DNA of 64,000 nt, from the IMG/VR virus record IMGVR_UViG_3300031414_000009, positions 1 through 64,000 of that record. One strand, written 5' to 3'. Position 1 is the first letter of the stretch; the number at the start of each line of letters is the position of its first letter. The DNA comes from a virus. The notes under the pieces were generated by a model. That model was not told the origin of the DNA and did no database searches. It saw only the letters and a program-made list of their open reading frames with translations. The position numbers were made by a program, and so were the translations under genes. Shown piece after piece: positions 27,903 to 38,151 of this stretch.

Positions 27903-29774
27903 TTACAGGTACTTCTTGATGTCAACGAAAGCAGCAGCCGGTGTCGTCAAAACAACCTGACGAATAAAGCCATCGGTTTCGGGGATACTGATTGTGGTAC
28001 GGCGCGTGTTGCCAAAGAAGCTTACACTTACCGATACACCAGACACCCAAGTATCCACAAGACCTTCTACTGGGATACTGTGGCCAACCGCAGAAAGAAT
28101 GGCATCGATCGCAGACACGCTGTCTTCGGTCAACGGTTTCCAGGCATGACTATCGAGCAGGTAGATATCACCCGGATTGGTCAGCACAGCTTTAGCCAGG
28201 TGAGCGGCAGTATTGCCGAGGAAACGTACTTTGCGTGAGGTATGCTTGAATGGGATCTCCACTTCACTGTAGAAGCTGTTAGCAACAGGTGAGCATGCGA
28301 TATGACTCTGGTAACTGTCGTAACCACGAGGAGACCCATGGTTAGTCAACGGCGACGCATAGCCGTAGCCCTGCTGTGGCGCTTCATTAGTCCAACCACC
28401 CAAATGTGGATGCTGCGTAACGCCATAACCCTGTGCACGAGCCATGCTACCAAAACCGCTAGTGCGCGCTGAAATATCTTCATTAGCGGCACTGGCATCT
28501 GGCGACATATACACAGGACGAGACATGGACATGGCTAACTGTTCCAGATTAGGAACAATGCCCGTCAGTGGTGTGTATACCAGCGTGAGGGCGTTAGGGC
28601 CAGATGACACCAGGTCGCCAATGTGATACAGATCGTCAGGATTCAGTTCGGTGGTACCGTACGCACTTTCACGATATTGACATACGGCGAAAACACCATC
28701 AGTTTCAGTGGTCGTGACCCGGATACTAATGGGGAAGCCGGACGTAGACATCAGTGTAGTCTGGTGCACAACGCGACGTTTGGCTAAACGGGCCACCTTA
28801 AGGTCACGTTGTTTCAGTGCGACCAGATGAGAATCCTCAATCCACACACGTCCTTCCACTAACGCAGCCAACTCAGCAATCGCAATGATCGTATTGCCAA
28901 TAGGCACGTATTTATAGTGCTCGCTGCCACTGCCATCCTGTTGGATATTGCGGCTACCGTACGGTGGTACAAAGCCAGCTAACAGGTACCCGATCTCTTC
29001 ACTAGCCCCATCTTCAGCATCTGCTGGGCGTGACACCAGTTCCAGCTTAGGATACGTTACGTACCCCTCTGGTTTAACGTCCCCACTGTAGACCACGGAA
29101 ACTAACAGCTTACGGCTATCACCCCCAAGTGTAGTGCAGACATCGGCAGTCGGCGAGAACGGTTCAAACTGCCCCGCTTCACTCAGGTGCGCCAGCTTGT
29201 AAAGGCACTTCTTAGTTTCTTCATCAGCGAAGGTCCATGTAGTGTTGAGCGTCGTATCGAGCAGCGGTGCATTCATGGCAATAATGGTGTCGCCGCTAAC
29301 GAATGCCGGATTAGACAATCCCCCGTTGGATACAATGTACGGTACGCCCAACCGAGTAACTACCTCCACTTCAATCCATGCATTTTTGTTGTCTTCTGGG
29401 ATGCACTTAGCGATAACCCCAGATTCGCCATTGTGAGTGACATGATACAGCGAGCTTTCGTCCACGTCGTGGTCGAGCTTGCGTTTAGCCAGGTAGGACA
29501 TTACTGCATCACGGATAGTGTGGATGGTGGTCTTAGCCAAAGTAACTTCGGGGCAGAACCGGATATCGAATTCATCTGAAAGGTCAGCAATTTTAACAAA
29601 GGTGACTTTAGGGTCCATGGCAGGCAAACCGGCTTTGCTAGGCATCGCAAAGGTCGGCTTAACAACGAAGATACCATCGGTACGAAGGATCACTGGCCAG
29701 GCTTCCTCACGGTTAGAGGTATGCAGACGCAGGACACCACGATAGTACGCTTCTTTTACACGAGTAAGTAACAT
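27903..29774 (-). CDS. Large hypothetical protein
   Basis: 623 aa ORF with AAGGA SD. Confidence 0.75.
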   Translation of the reverse strand: MLLTRVKEAYYRGVLRLHTSNREEAWPVILRTDGIFVVKPTFAMPSKAGLPAMDPKVTFVKIADLSDEFDIRFCPEVTLAKTTIHTIRDAVMSYLAKRKLDHDVDESSLYHVTHNGESGVIAKCIPEDNKNAWIEVEVVTRLGVPYIVSNGGLSNPAFVSGDTIIAMNAPLLDTTLNTTWTFADEETKKCLYKLAHLSEAGQFEPFSPTADVCTTLGGDSRKLLVSVVYSGDVKPEGYVTYPKLELVSRPADAEDGASEEIGYLLAGFVPPYGSRNIQQDGSGSEHYKYVPIGNTIIAIAELAALVEGRVWIEDSHLVALKQRDLKVARLAKRRVVHQTTLMSTSGFPISIRVTTTETDGVFAVCQYRESAYGTTELNPDDLYHIGDLVSSGPNALTLVYTPLTGIVPNLEQLAMSMSRPVYMSPDASAANEDISARTSGFGSMARAQGYGVTQHPHLGGWTNEAPQQGYGYASPLTNHGSPRGYDSYQSHIACSPVANSFYSEVEIPFKHTSRKVRFLGNTAAHLAKAVLTNPGDIYLLDSHAWKPLTEDSVSAIDAILSAVGHSIPVEGLVDTWVSGVSVSVSFFGNTRRTTISIPETDGFIRQVVLTTPAAAFVDIKKYL

Positions 29775-29883
29775 ATTCTAATTCCTTTAATTAAGAGTTG
29801 GGATTCATGGATTAGCATGAAGATGGTGTTTCCCCACTAGTACCAAAAAACACCATCGCGATACTTCTACGACCGGTGTTTAC

Positions 29884-30171
29884 TTAGTGGAACTTCTTAC
29901 GTCCACACACGCTGGTGTAGGTCTGTTTGGTGCACACTTCGTTTTCTTCTTTAGACTGACCCATCAGCAGCTGTTCTACAGCCATGCGGATAGCGCCGCT
30001 AGAAGACAGATCCATACGACCAGCGGTAACGACACCACGAGCTGGGTAATCAGAAGCAGTTACATCCACTTCGACACCCGCTTCAGTAGCGAAACGTTTG
30101 GCAGCTTCAGGGGTAGCAAACAGAACGTCGTTGCCAGAGGTCCAGGTATTTTTGTTGATAGAGTTAAACAT
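29884..30171 (-). CDS. Small early protein
   Basis: Start MFNS; directly after early promoter. Confidence 0.7.
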   Translation of the reverse strand: MFNSINKNTWTSGNDVLFATPEAAKRFATEAGVEVDVTASDYPARGVVTAGRMDLSSSGAIRMAVEQLLMGQSKEENEVCTKQTYTSVCGRKKFH

Positions 30172-30229
30172 AATCGAATTTCCTTTTTGCAGGTGAATTA
30201 TGAGCATGATTGCTCGTTATTATCAATTC

Positions 30230-30250
30230 GATTATATATATCTGAAAATT
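30230..30250 (-). promoter_or_regulatory. Early-type promoter
   Basis: AATTTTCAGATATATATAATC. Confidence 0.6.
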
Positions 30251-30726
30251 TACTGATCCGAGGCAAATGCTTTTAAAGCGAGCATTAACTCGTAGGTAAA
30301 GTGATCCACTGGAAGATCGCGATAACACCGATCGAACGTTTCAAAGTCGTCTGCGTTCTCTGGTAAGAAGACCTCATCCTGAACGTCATTGGCGATACAC
30401 CATCCTAACCGGTGCATGTCATCGACACCACCCAAATTCATAGTGTCGTAAAACCTACCCTCATGGTGAATGACGCAGTGTAGTGGATACTCGCCGAACT
30501 CGTTGTTCCCACAGCTTGCAACCAGACACAGGTAGGTGTGTTTAACTTCAGGCATAACCGTTTGAATCGCCTTAGCGACTTGGTAACAAATACCACTGCC
30601 TGCAATCATTACGCCATCACTTCTTTCCCGTGCTTGGTTAATCCAATCCACCGGGTTAGTTCGTTCCGGGTAGTACTTAACGTAGAAGTCAATAACAAAT
30701 TCAAGTGCACGAGTGACAGTTAACAT
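30250..30726 (-). CDS. Papain/transglutaminase-like Cys-His-Asp protein (paralog B)
   Basis: SGICYQVA...HCVIHHEGRFYDT. Confidence 0.6.
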   Translation of the reverse strand: MLTVTRALEFVIDFYVKYYPERTNPVDWINQARERSDGVMIAGSGICYQVAKAIQTVMPEVKHTYLCLVASCGNNEFGEYPLHCVIHHEGRFYDTMNLGGVDDMHRLGWCIANDVQDEVFLPENADDFETFDRCYRDLPVDHFTYELMLALKAFASDQ

Positions 30727-30747
30727 TCTGGTTCCTTTTATAAGTAA

Positions 30748-30786
30748 CGGCATAAAACGAAACTCCTACCCAAAGGCAGAGTTTCA
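30748..30786 (-). terminator. Terminator between leader region and paralog B
   Basis: GAAACTCTGCC..GGTAGGAGTTTC-GTTTTATGCC. Confidence 0.6.
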
Positions 30787-30870
30787 ATTTCGCGCTTTTT
30801 TAAATCAAGTAATGTAATGTAATGAATAGTTGAAGAGAGTAGTCGTAGCTACTCTCTCTAAGGGATAGGT

Positions 30871-30921
30871 TTATATACTAGATACTACTCTTTCTATATA
30901 GTATATATTTATGCTTCGCAT
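30871..30921 (-). CDS. Candidate 16-aa leader peptide MRSINIYYIERVVSSI
   Basis: TAAGGAGG SD; class II promoter at 30960-30984. Confidence 0.4.
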   Translation of the reverse strand: MRSINIYYIERVVSSI

Positions 30922-31046
30922 AGCCCCCTCCTTATTCCTCCCCCATCTCTGGAATTGGACATATAATAAGTACACTTCAGGTAATTAAAAACTAAAAAAG
31001 AAAGAGGGATAAAGAGGAGGGACAGAAGTCCCTCCTTACTATGTTG

Positions 31047-32030
31047 TTACCCGTTAAACTTAGACTTAGTTAAGCTAGCAAGTAACTCCCGCATTGGCGT
31101 GATATCGTTGAAAGGTACGTTCACACTGAATGCCACACTGCCCTGGTTAGGATTATCGACCAGATCAAAGACAGAACGGAAAGTGATCAATCGGGTGTAT
31201 TTATTAAACCGCTGAGTAACCTCCCACCCTTCATAGTCTTTAGCTGTGTATGTACCAGACATATCCCAACCCAGCTGGTCTACAGTAGCAGATAGCAGAG
31301 CAGCACGTACCGCAGCAATGTTATCTTTGTTGATGCCCTGGACGTCAGTATTCATTGCCACCACCTGACGAACCAGCTCCATAAGACCCATACCTTCACC
31401 AACAACCAAAGCAAACCTACCGGCAGTCAAATGGATCAGCGCGTAATTGGATGCGCGATTACGGCCAATTTGGTCGGAGTTTAAGTTAATGGTGTCAGTT
31501 GGCTCTAAGCGTCCGTGTGTAACCAGGGTTTGGTCAGGGTGCTTCTTACTCAACTGGTCCGTTACATTGCCCATCTTAATACGACGGAAATCATCTAATT
31601 CAACCAAGATAGGTGCCCAGGCTTTGTCAATCTCTGGCGAGGCTGTGGCAACAATATTGCCAATAGAGTCGATGACAAGCGGAGTGTGTTGTAGTGCACC
31701 TTGCTTCACCAGAAGGTGGATGCAGTGGTTACTAAAGAATATGCCGTTTAACAGCGCCACCTTGGCCCTGATGCGGATATAATCTTTGGTAAGCCTGTAC
31801 AATTCCTTCCCGCCCCAGTGCGGTGGTGGGATGATTAGATCAATACCTCCAACCGCGACCATGAAATAGGTTGGGACCATGTTCTTAGAACGCAGTCGGA
31901 AACGTACAACCGGACAAGTGTGATGAACCCCAAAGCTGTCGAAGTCGTAATGTTCAACGTTCTCTGGAGTAATGTCAAATGGGCGGTTAGAGACTTCATC
32001 TCCGGCAGAATAAAGAGTGATGGTGGTCAT
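31047..32030 (-). CDS. Hypothetical protein
   Basis: 327 aa ORF. Confidence 0.7.
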   Translation of the reverse strand: MTTITLYSAGDEVSNRPFDITPENVEHYDFDSFGVHHTCPVVRFRLRSKNMVPTYFMVAVGGIDLIIPPPHWGGKELYRLTKDYIRIRAKVALLNGIFFSNHCIHLLVKQGALQHTPLVIDSIGNIVATASPEIDKAWAPILVELDDFRRIKMGNVTDQLSKKHPDQTLVTHGRLEPTDTINLNSDQIGRNRASNYALIHLTAGRFALVVGEGMGLMELVRQVVAMNTDVQGINKDNIAAVRAALLSATVDQLGWDMSGTYTAKDYEGWEVTQRFNKYTRLITFRSVFDLVDNPNQGSVAFSVNVPFNDITPMRELLASLTKSKFNG

Positions 32031-32039
32031 TGCGTTTCC

Positions 32040-32393
32040 TTATGGTTTAAATATTGAGTTACGGTAATCTTCGATGAATTTATCACCAGTCACCATATTG
32101 ATAACTGCCATACCGGGGTCTTCGGTGAGGTTATCCCTTCCCACGAAACGACTGTATGTTTCTGGTGCATTGACAACCGACCAGCCATAACGATAGTTGT
32201 GTTTGATAAACGAGAGTGCGCGTTTGTTGTATGTATATACAGGACGCAGTTCCCACAATCCATCCAGATAGCGAACTGTCTTATGTTCGCCTTTAGGATA
32301 TACCGTATACTCCTTTGGATAGCCCATCAGCGCGTCAATGGCATGCATGTAAGCTAATCGTACCAGGTACTCGAATCTCTCGTTAAAGCGCAT
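32040..32393 (-). CDS. Hypothetical protein
   Basis: ORF. Confidence 0.65.
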   Translation of the reverse strand: MRFNERFEYLVRLAYMHAIDALMGYPKEYTVYPKGEHKTVRYLDGLWELRPVYTYNKRALSFIKHNYRYGWSVVNAPETYSRFVGRDNLTEDPGMAVINMVTGDKFIEDYRNSIFKP

Positions 32394-32402
32394 TTGATGT
32401 CC

Positions 32403-32693
32403 CTAATATAAGTTCTCACTTTGGAGACCGAAGTCCAATAGAGGTTCGTCCCGCCAAAGCCCCAATTGCCCTGCCTCTTTAGCTACCACTGCGGCTTCTT
32501 CCCTGTTCAACCATTGTCGTTGATTACAGATGAATCCCTCTTCCATGGGTTCAGTGATATCGCTATCGACAATACCAGCTGCATCCATCTGTGCTCGCAT
32601 GATATCGTCAAAGTGACGGACGCCAACATAGATGACGCCCTTCCACCGTACCGCAGCAGCAACTACTACTCTGCACCTCGGTTTACTTGACAA
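32403..32693 (-). CDS. Conserved small phage protein
   Basis: VVAAA..G.RH...EGF......REEA...GQ...L.SENLY pattern. Confidence 0.7.
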   Translation of the reverse strand: MSSKPRCRVVVAAAVRWKGVIYVGVRHFDDIMRAQMDAAGIVDSDITEPMEEGFICNQRQWLNREEAAVVAKEAGQLGLWRDEPLLDFGLQSENLY

Positions 32694-33840
32694 ACTTTTT
32701 CAACTCCTCATTCAGTTTGGACATCAGTGCTACATCGTTAGTGATTGCAGCGTTAGCGCTGTTGATTGAAATCTGAGCAACGGAGATCTGCGCCTGGTTC
32801 ATGGCAATACGACCCAGACATTCACCCAGCTGTTTCTGGATTTCAGCCAGAGGTAATGCCCCATCCTCCGCAACAGTGTACGGTCCGTCTTTGAACTGTG
32901 CCAGTAACTCTTCGTTACTCAGACCGGACGTATTGTCACGAGTCGGAATGTCATCAGGAGTATGCTCGTGTGACTCCGGTGCAGTCTCCTGAGCGAGTGT
33001 TTCCTTCCTGACAGCAAACTCTACCATGTTTGGTGCAGTAGGCTTAGAACTCGCTACAGAGGCCGGACGGGACGGTATTGCTTTGGCTGGCTCAGGAGCC
33101 AGTTTGATCTTACCCTTTAATGCTGACAACTGATCTGCCAGTGCATTGTTGGGTAACGCACTTTTATCTTCCCAGGTAAAATGCTCTTTACCGAGATATT
33201 GGTTATGCACCAACACCATAACACCAGGAGAGCGACGAGGTAGTCCCGCAGCATCCACGTAGCTGTAGTTAATGGAGGTCTTATGCAGAAGCTCGACCAG
33301 GTATTTCTGTTGCTCCGGCTCAAGGTAATCAAAGCGTGGGCAGACACGAGTCAGTTCACTAATGGTCGCACCGAAGTTACGACTGTCCACAGTGCCCATG
33401 ATCTCTACCGCTTCAACGTGCAGCGATGGATCTACTTTGGTTAGTTCGTCTTTGTACTTATTGACATTTAAAACCTGTGGCTTCTCACGGTTATTTTGAA
33501 TGGTCGGAACACGCTCGTCTTTCTTCTCCTCTGGAGATTCTTTGGTGCGTGGATCAAACACCACATCACTAGTGTAGAAGTCATGCTTGTTTGAATCCGC
33601 TGGGATTTCTTCAAGGTTAGTGATGAGAATGAAGTTGTCATCTTCACCACTACGGAACTGTAGTACTGTTCCTGTTTGACGGGTATACTCCATCAGATCA
33701 TCAAAGTCACTTGCTGATAGTAGCGAAATGCGCTGAGTGGTTTCACGCAGATGTGAGAACGACACACCGAATTTAGAGTTGCGCAGGATAGATTTCAGTT
33801 CACGGTTTGCAGAGTACAGGGTGGTAGCTAATTTACGCAT
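32683..33840 (-). CDS. Hypothetical protein, two helical (wHTH-like) domains and C-terminal coiled coil
   Basis: Start MRKL after AAGGA. Confidence 0.7.
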   Translation of the reverse strand: MRKLATTLYSANRELKSILRNSKFGVSFSHLRETTQRISLLSASDFDDLMEYTRQTGTVLQFRSGEDDNFILITNLEEIPADSNKHDFYTSDVVFDPRTKESPEEKKDERVPTIQNNREKPQVLNVNKYKDELTKVDPSLHVEAVEIMGTVDSRNFGATISELTRVCPRFDYLEPEQQKYLVELLHKTSINYSYVDAAGLPRRSPGVMVLVHNQYLGKEHFTWEDKSALPNNALADQLSALKGKIKLAPEPAKAIPSRPASVASSKPTAPNMVEFAVRKETLAQETAPESHEHTPDDIPTRDNTSGLSNEELLAQFKDGPYTVAEDGALPLAEIQKQLGECLGRIAMNQAQISVAQISINSANAAITNDVALMSKLNEELKKFVK

Positions 33841-33903
33841 TGGGTATTCCTTTTTAAAATAAGATAAGAGAAAGAATGGGTGGGTGTTACCCACCCGATT
33901 GAC

Positions 33904-34080
33904 TTACGCTACTGGAGTATCGCCGACAACAGCATCCGCTACTGTTGCTGCCGTTTCTTCACTGGTGACGTAACGCAGACCCCAGTATACGATCCCGGCA
34001 ATCACTGCAACGCCTACAGCCACCGCTGCAACCTGTGCCACTTTCTTACCAGTAGATTCATTAGTTTGAGTAGTTTCCAT
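33904..34080 (-). CDS. Small single-TM early protein
   Basis: VAQVAAVAVGVAVIAGIVYWGL. Confidence 0.7.
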   Translation of the reverse strand: METTQTNESTGKKVAQVAAVAVGVAVIAGIVYWGLRYVTSEETAATVADAVVGDTPVA

Positions 34081-34146
34081 TTTTAATTCCTTATGTCGAG
34101 TGAGATAGTTATTTGCCAAAAATGATTATTGCCACTTTGCACTGGA

Positions 34147-34166
34147 GTATTATGTATTTAAAAATT
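34147..34166 (-). promoter_or_regulatory. Early-type promoter
   Basis: AATTTTTAAATACATAATAC. Confidence 0.55.
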
Positions 34167-34222
34167 TGTTGAGACGGCATAAAAGCTAGGGCCTAAACCC
34201 TAGCTTGTTTTATGTCCCGATT

Positions 34223-35005
34223 TTATTTATACGCAGCAAGAGCCATCTGGCAGATATGACTACGCACGCAGTCTTCTTCCAGGAACTCAACCTTACCGAC
34301 GTACTCGTTGCTATCGAAGCGATTCAACGCATCGCCCAGACCAGATGTCACGTTACCTGGCAGGTCGCACTGCTCTACGTCACCGTTTACAACAACTGTG
34401 CAGTTCTCACCAACGCGAGTAAGGAACAGTTTCATCTGGTTGCTGGTAACGTTCTGCGCTTCATCGAGTATAACGAAGGCATCTTTGAACGTACAGCCAC
34501 GCATGTATGCAAATGGTGCGATAACGACTTTACCGATTTCCGGACGCAGGCAATATTCAAGGAAGCTTGCCCCCAGTCTTTCCAACAGCACTTCGTACAC
34601 CGGCTTAAAGAACGGTGCGAACTTCTCGCTTACATCTCCCGGTAAGAAGCCCAACTCTTCATCGGTTGTCAACACAGGACGCGTGACGACGATGCGGGCA
34701 ACTTCTTTGTTCAACAGTGCATCAGCTGCTTTGGTTGCAGCAATGTACGTTTTACCGGACCCGGCTGGTCCATATCCAAAGATCAGATCCTTTGTATCCA
34801 GCGCAAGGATGTAGTGTCCCTGTGCTTCGTTTTTGGCTTCTAAAGGACGCGTGTTACGCCCAACAGCCATGCCTATCTGCTCTACAGGTTGGTTGTTATC
34901 AAACTGCTGAACATTGCGACGACGACTACCATTCCGCTTGCCACTCTGCTTATCTGCGCGGCGCGCTTCGTGCTTAACCTGGTTAGCAAATTTCTGTCGA
35001 CCCAT
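34223..35005 (-). CDS. phoH: PhoH-family ATPase
   Basis: GPAGSGKT, LGFLPG, YMRG.TF, ILDEAQN, GD..Q.DL. Confidence 0.95.
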   Translation of the reverse strand: MGRQKFANQVKHEARRADKQSGKRNGSRRRNVQQFDNNQPVEQIGMAVGRNTRPLEAKNEAQGHYILALDTKDLIFGYGPAGSGKTYIAATKAADALLNKEVARIVVTRPVLTTDEELGFLPGDVSEKFAPFFKPVYEVLLERLGASFLEYCLRPEIGKVVIAPFAYMRGCTFKDAFVILDEAQNVTSNQMKLFLTRVGENCTVVVNGDVEQCDLPGNVTSGLGDALNRFDSNEYVGKVEFLEEDCVRSHICQMALAAYK

Positions 35006-35181
35006 AGGTAGGTTCCTTACTGGATGTACCTTAACTATCGAAGCCTAAGGCATCGGGAGTGTTGTTCGAGAGCAAGTAGTAAAACATGTTTTCGAACGAC
35101 GAGTTTCGGGACAGTAAAAAGATGACCTAAAGTTATCTCTAAGTCATCACCTTGTTCGTCATTTACGAACATCGCACATCA

Positions 35182-36915
35182 TTAGTTAAGACCGACGATC
35201 TTAATTGCTTCCGTGATCTCACCCAGCGGTACGGAGACAGCGTTGTACGACTTAGGGCTTGTCTGTGAGAGCATTAAGATAGATGGGTAGACACGCATAC
35301 CAGTCGGAACAGGACGAGCTTCTAACCAATGTGACCCCGCCCATTCCGCTATCGCGTCGTCATGTCCCTGTGCGGTATTGACGATATAGACGCCTGCACG
35401 AACTTCGATAAACTGAACGCGCTTTTCATCAGAACGAATCTTTACGTTTTCAGTAGGCAGGTACTGGCGAATGTGCGCGGCGCTCATCGGGTATGCCTTA
35501 AGATAATAATCGGTTAACTCTTTCCAGTTGGATACCTCACCGATAATTTCACTGTAGGTCGCGACGTACTGCATTGCTGCTAGCGTAGCCTGCTTAGGGT
35601 AGCCTTGGGAGGCCACACCAGTTAAGACTCTCAGGATCTCTTCTGGGAGCTTCAGCTGGGTAGTCGGGTCCGTCTTAGTCTGGACCATTGCCTCAATCAA
35701 CCGCAGGCGTTTTTCTTCAGCCCATTGCTGAGCATCCACCGGGAAGAAATGCTTCACCCCATCGTTTTCGTAAATGACTGGGTTAGCCAGCGGTGTCAGG
35801 ACGTGGGACTGCTTACCTAACCATTTAATGGTCGTGCCAGTTTCCATCCAGAACGTAGCATATGGGTTAGGTGTGAGCGTGTACTCAACCATACCCAACT
35901 CGAATCCATCCTCTGTGCGACGCCGAGTCACACGGATATCGCGATATGCTTCACCCTTGGCATTCCATTCAGATTCGACGAACGCCTGGATAGGAACAAT
36001 CGCTAATCCATTAGCCAGTCGAGTCAGGTTACGTCTGTAGGCAGCCACGTCGCCGACTTGTCGTGCGCTAACCGGGATGCTAGCCATATGTGAACCAACT
36101 TCAGCGTAGGTGCTGGCGTATTGACTAGCACTGATTCCTTTACCGCTTAAAAACGCGAGCAGTGCTTCCACGTCTGTGCGCGCGTGGCGCTTCAGGATAC
36201 CGTCGTGCATCGCCAACCGAATTTCGCAATCCATAGACCAATTCGACTGCATGTTCTCAGTTACAAACTTTGGTGAGGTCAGTAACATATCGAGATGCCA
36301 CAGTTTAATGGCTAGGTCGTGCAGTGATGCAATGCGAGTAAAGTCGTCGTGCGTTTTGACATCCTGGTTCCACGGTTGGTTCATTAACCAGACGTTTTCA
36401 GGAAGATCGTGTTTAGCGTCCCAGCGAGGACGATCGTCTACCAGTGTAAAGTTACCTTCACCGAATATTTCAGTCAGGTGCTCTACTTTATCGCCAGCTT
36501 TGGCCGGGTCTAAGATGATAACAAAGTCGGGTCTCCATGACAGCTCGGCGAACGCCACTTCAGATAAAGCAGCCGCGTCCGGGTGGAAGCCACGATGCGT
36601 GCAAATGCCGACACTAGAGCCATGTTTCTTCAATCGTTCCACAGTCTGGTTGAAACGATCGTTACCTTCACGCACACGACGTTCGGTCATGAACAACCCT
36701 TCAGCCAGCACCACGTCTAAGCCACCGTTAGTGTTAGCTGTGGTCAGATAAACGCCCTCAGGGGGTAATGGGTAGCCTTTTTCGGCAACGCGGCGACGCA
36801 GGGACAGGAATGTGTCATTCAGAGTGTCGTCCCAATCCAGAGCGACAAAGTCCAACATGCGAGGACTGGTAAAGGTTAAATCTTTAACGAAAGATGGTTC
36901 TTCGATATTGTACAC
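35182..36915 (-). CDS. HAD-superfamily 5'(3')-nucleotidase-like domain fused to unknown domains
   Basis: ALDWDDTL, THRG, K, LVDD, NQPWN; GTG start after GAAGGA. Confidence 0.7.
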   Translation of the reverse strand: MYNIEEPSFVKDLTFTSPRMLDFVALDWDDTLNDTFLSLRRRVAEKGYPLPPEGVYLTTANTNGGLDVVLAEGLFMTERRVREGNDRFNQTVERLKKHGSSVGICTHRGFHPDAAALSEVAFAELSWRPDFVIILDPAKAGDKVEHLTEIFGEGNFTLVDDRPRWDAKHDLPENVWLMNQPWNQDVKTHDDFTRIASLHDLAIKLWHLDMLLTSPKFVTENMQSNWSMDCEIRLAMHDGILKRHARTDVEALLAFLSGKGISASQYASTYAEVGSHMASIPVSARQVGDVAAYRRNLTRLANGLAIVPIQAFVESEWNAKGEAYRDIRVTRRRTEDGFELGMVEYTLTPNPYATFWMETGTTIKWLGKQSHVLTPLANPVIYENDGVKHFFPVDAQQWAEEKRLRLIEAMVQTKTDPTTQLKLPEEILRVLTGVASQGYPKQATLAAMQYVATYSEIIGEVSNWKELTDYYLKAYPMSAAHIRQYLPTENVKIRSDEKRVQFIEVRAGVYIVNTAQGHDDAIAEWAGSHWLEARPVPTGMRVYPSILMLSQTSPKSYNAVSVPLGEITEAIKIVGLN

Positions 36916-36916
36916 G

Positions 36917-37552
36917 TTACAGTCCTTCTGGAATAAAGTTGATAGAGTGAAGTTCCTGAACCCACTCAGGTCGCGAGCTATCGGTGTCACCACCAAACTT
37001 CAGAACGATGCGGTCATTTTCCTGTAGCCAGTACTTATTGTTCAACCACAGCAATACGTTCTCGTCGTTGATAATAACGCGATCGATGATGTTGTAGTTA
37101 ACGCGAATAGGCTCACTGATTGATACGGTGTTTGGATCAATGTCTAACTTACCGAGCGGAGAGAGTATTCTCCCCAGCTTATTAACCAAAGAGATGACGC
37201 CGATTGTGCCAACCAGTTCAACAGTCTTTGGTATAAGTCGGAATTTAACACGGATGCGGGAATCTTTCTTACTGAAGAGTATCGCACAACGATCATACGA
37301 GATCTGTTGGCCGAATTCAGATCCAACCAACTTGAACGGTTTCTGGGGCTTGAACACCAAACCGTGCCGGTTGTTATTCGACGTCGTGTAGAGACCAACG
37401 ATCAACGCGAGTCTCAGTGCAGCGATCTCTTCCGTAGACAGAGTAACCTCAACATCCTGTATCTTCACTCTGAAGAACGCTTCTACTACAAGTCCATGTT
37501 CCTGTGCATAGTCGAGCATATGCAAATAAGCAGGCTTAGCTAAATCTACCAT
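36917..37552 (-). CDS. Hypothetical protein
   Basis: ORF. Confidence 0.7.
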   Translation of the reverse strand: MVDLAKPAYLHMLDYAQEHGLVVEAFFRVKIQDVEVTLSTEEIAALRLALIVGLYTTSNNNRHGLVFKPQKPFKLVGSEFGQQISYDRCAILFSKKDSRIRVKFRLIPKTVELVGTIGVISLVNKLGRILSPLGKLDIDPNTVSISEPIRVNYNIIDRVIINDENVLLWLNNKYWLQENDRIVLKFGGDTDSSRPEWVQELHSINFIPEGL

Positions 37553-37569
37553 TTAATAAGCACCTTCGT

Positions 37570-38151
37570 TTATTTATAGACGCCGGAAATGTGATGTTTC
37601 CGACAGACAGAAACGTAGCGATCGTTGCCGCCAATAACGACCTGTTCACCACTACGCGATACATTACCTTCATCGTCGATGCGCAGCACCATAGTTGCTT
37701 TGCGACCACAATGACAGATGGTTTTGATTTCTTCGAGTTTGTCAGCAATAGCTAACAGACGATGACTGCCCGGGAACAACTCACCCTGGAAGTCAGTACG
37801 CAGGCCATAACACATGACTGGGATATCAAGCATGTCGACGATGTCGGACAACTGATCTACTTGGTCGCGTGTGAGGAACTGAGCTTCATCTACCATCACA
37901 CATGCAACCCGACGTGTGTCGTTAGCATGAACTACCTGCTGGAATAGGTTAGAGTGCGGCAACACGGTCAGTGCATCGTGGGTCAGTCCAATGCGTGATA
38001 CAGCCTCAGGCTTCACTGTCTCACGAGTATCGATTGCTGGCTTGAAGATGATGACGCGCATTCCGCGTTCTTCGTAGTTGTAAGCAGCCTGAATAAGTGC
38101 GGTGGTTTTCCCGCTGTTCATTTGACCATATTTAAAGTAAAGGCTAGACAT
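37570..38151 (-). CDS. tdk: Thymidine kinase
   Basis: [32 protein letters not shown]. Confidence 0.95.
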   Translation of the reverse strand: MSSLYFKYGQMNSGKTTALIQAAYNYEERGMRVIIFKPAIDTRETVKPEAVSRIGLTHDALTVLPHSNLFQQVVHANDTRRVACVMVDEAQFLTRDQVDQLSDIVDMLDIPVMCYGLRTDFQGELFPGSHRLLAIADKLEEIKTICHCGRKATMVLRIDDEGNVSRSGEQVVIGGNDRYVSVCRKHHISGVYK

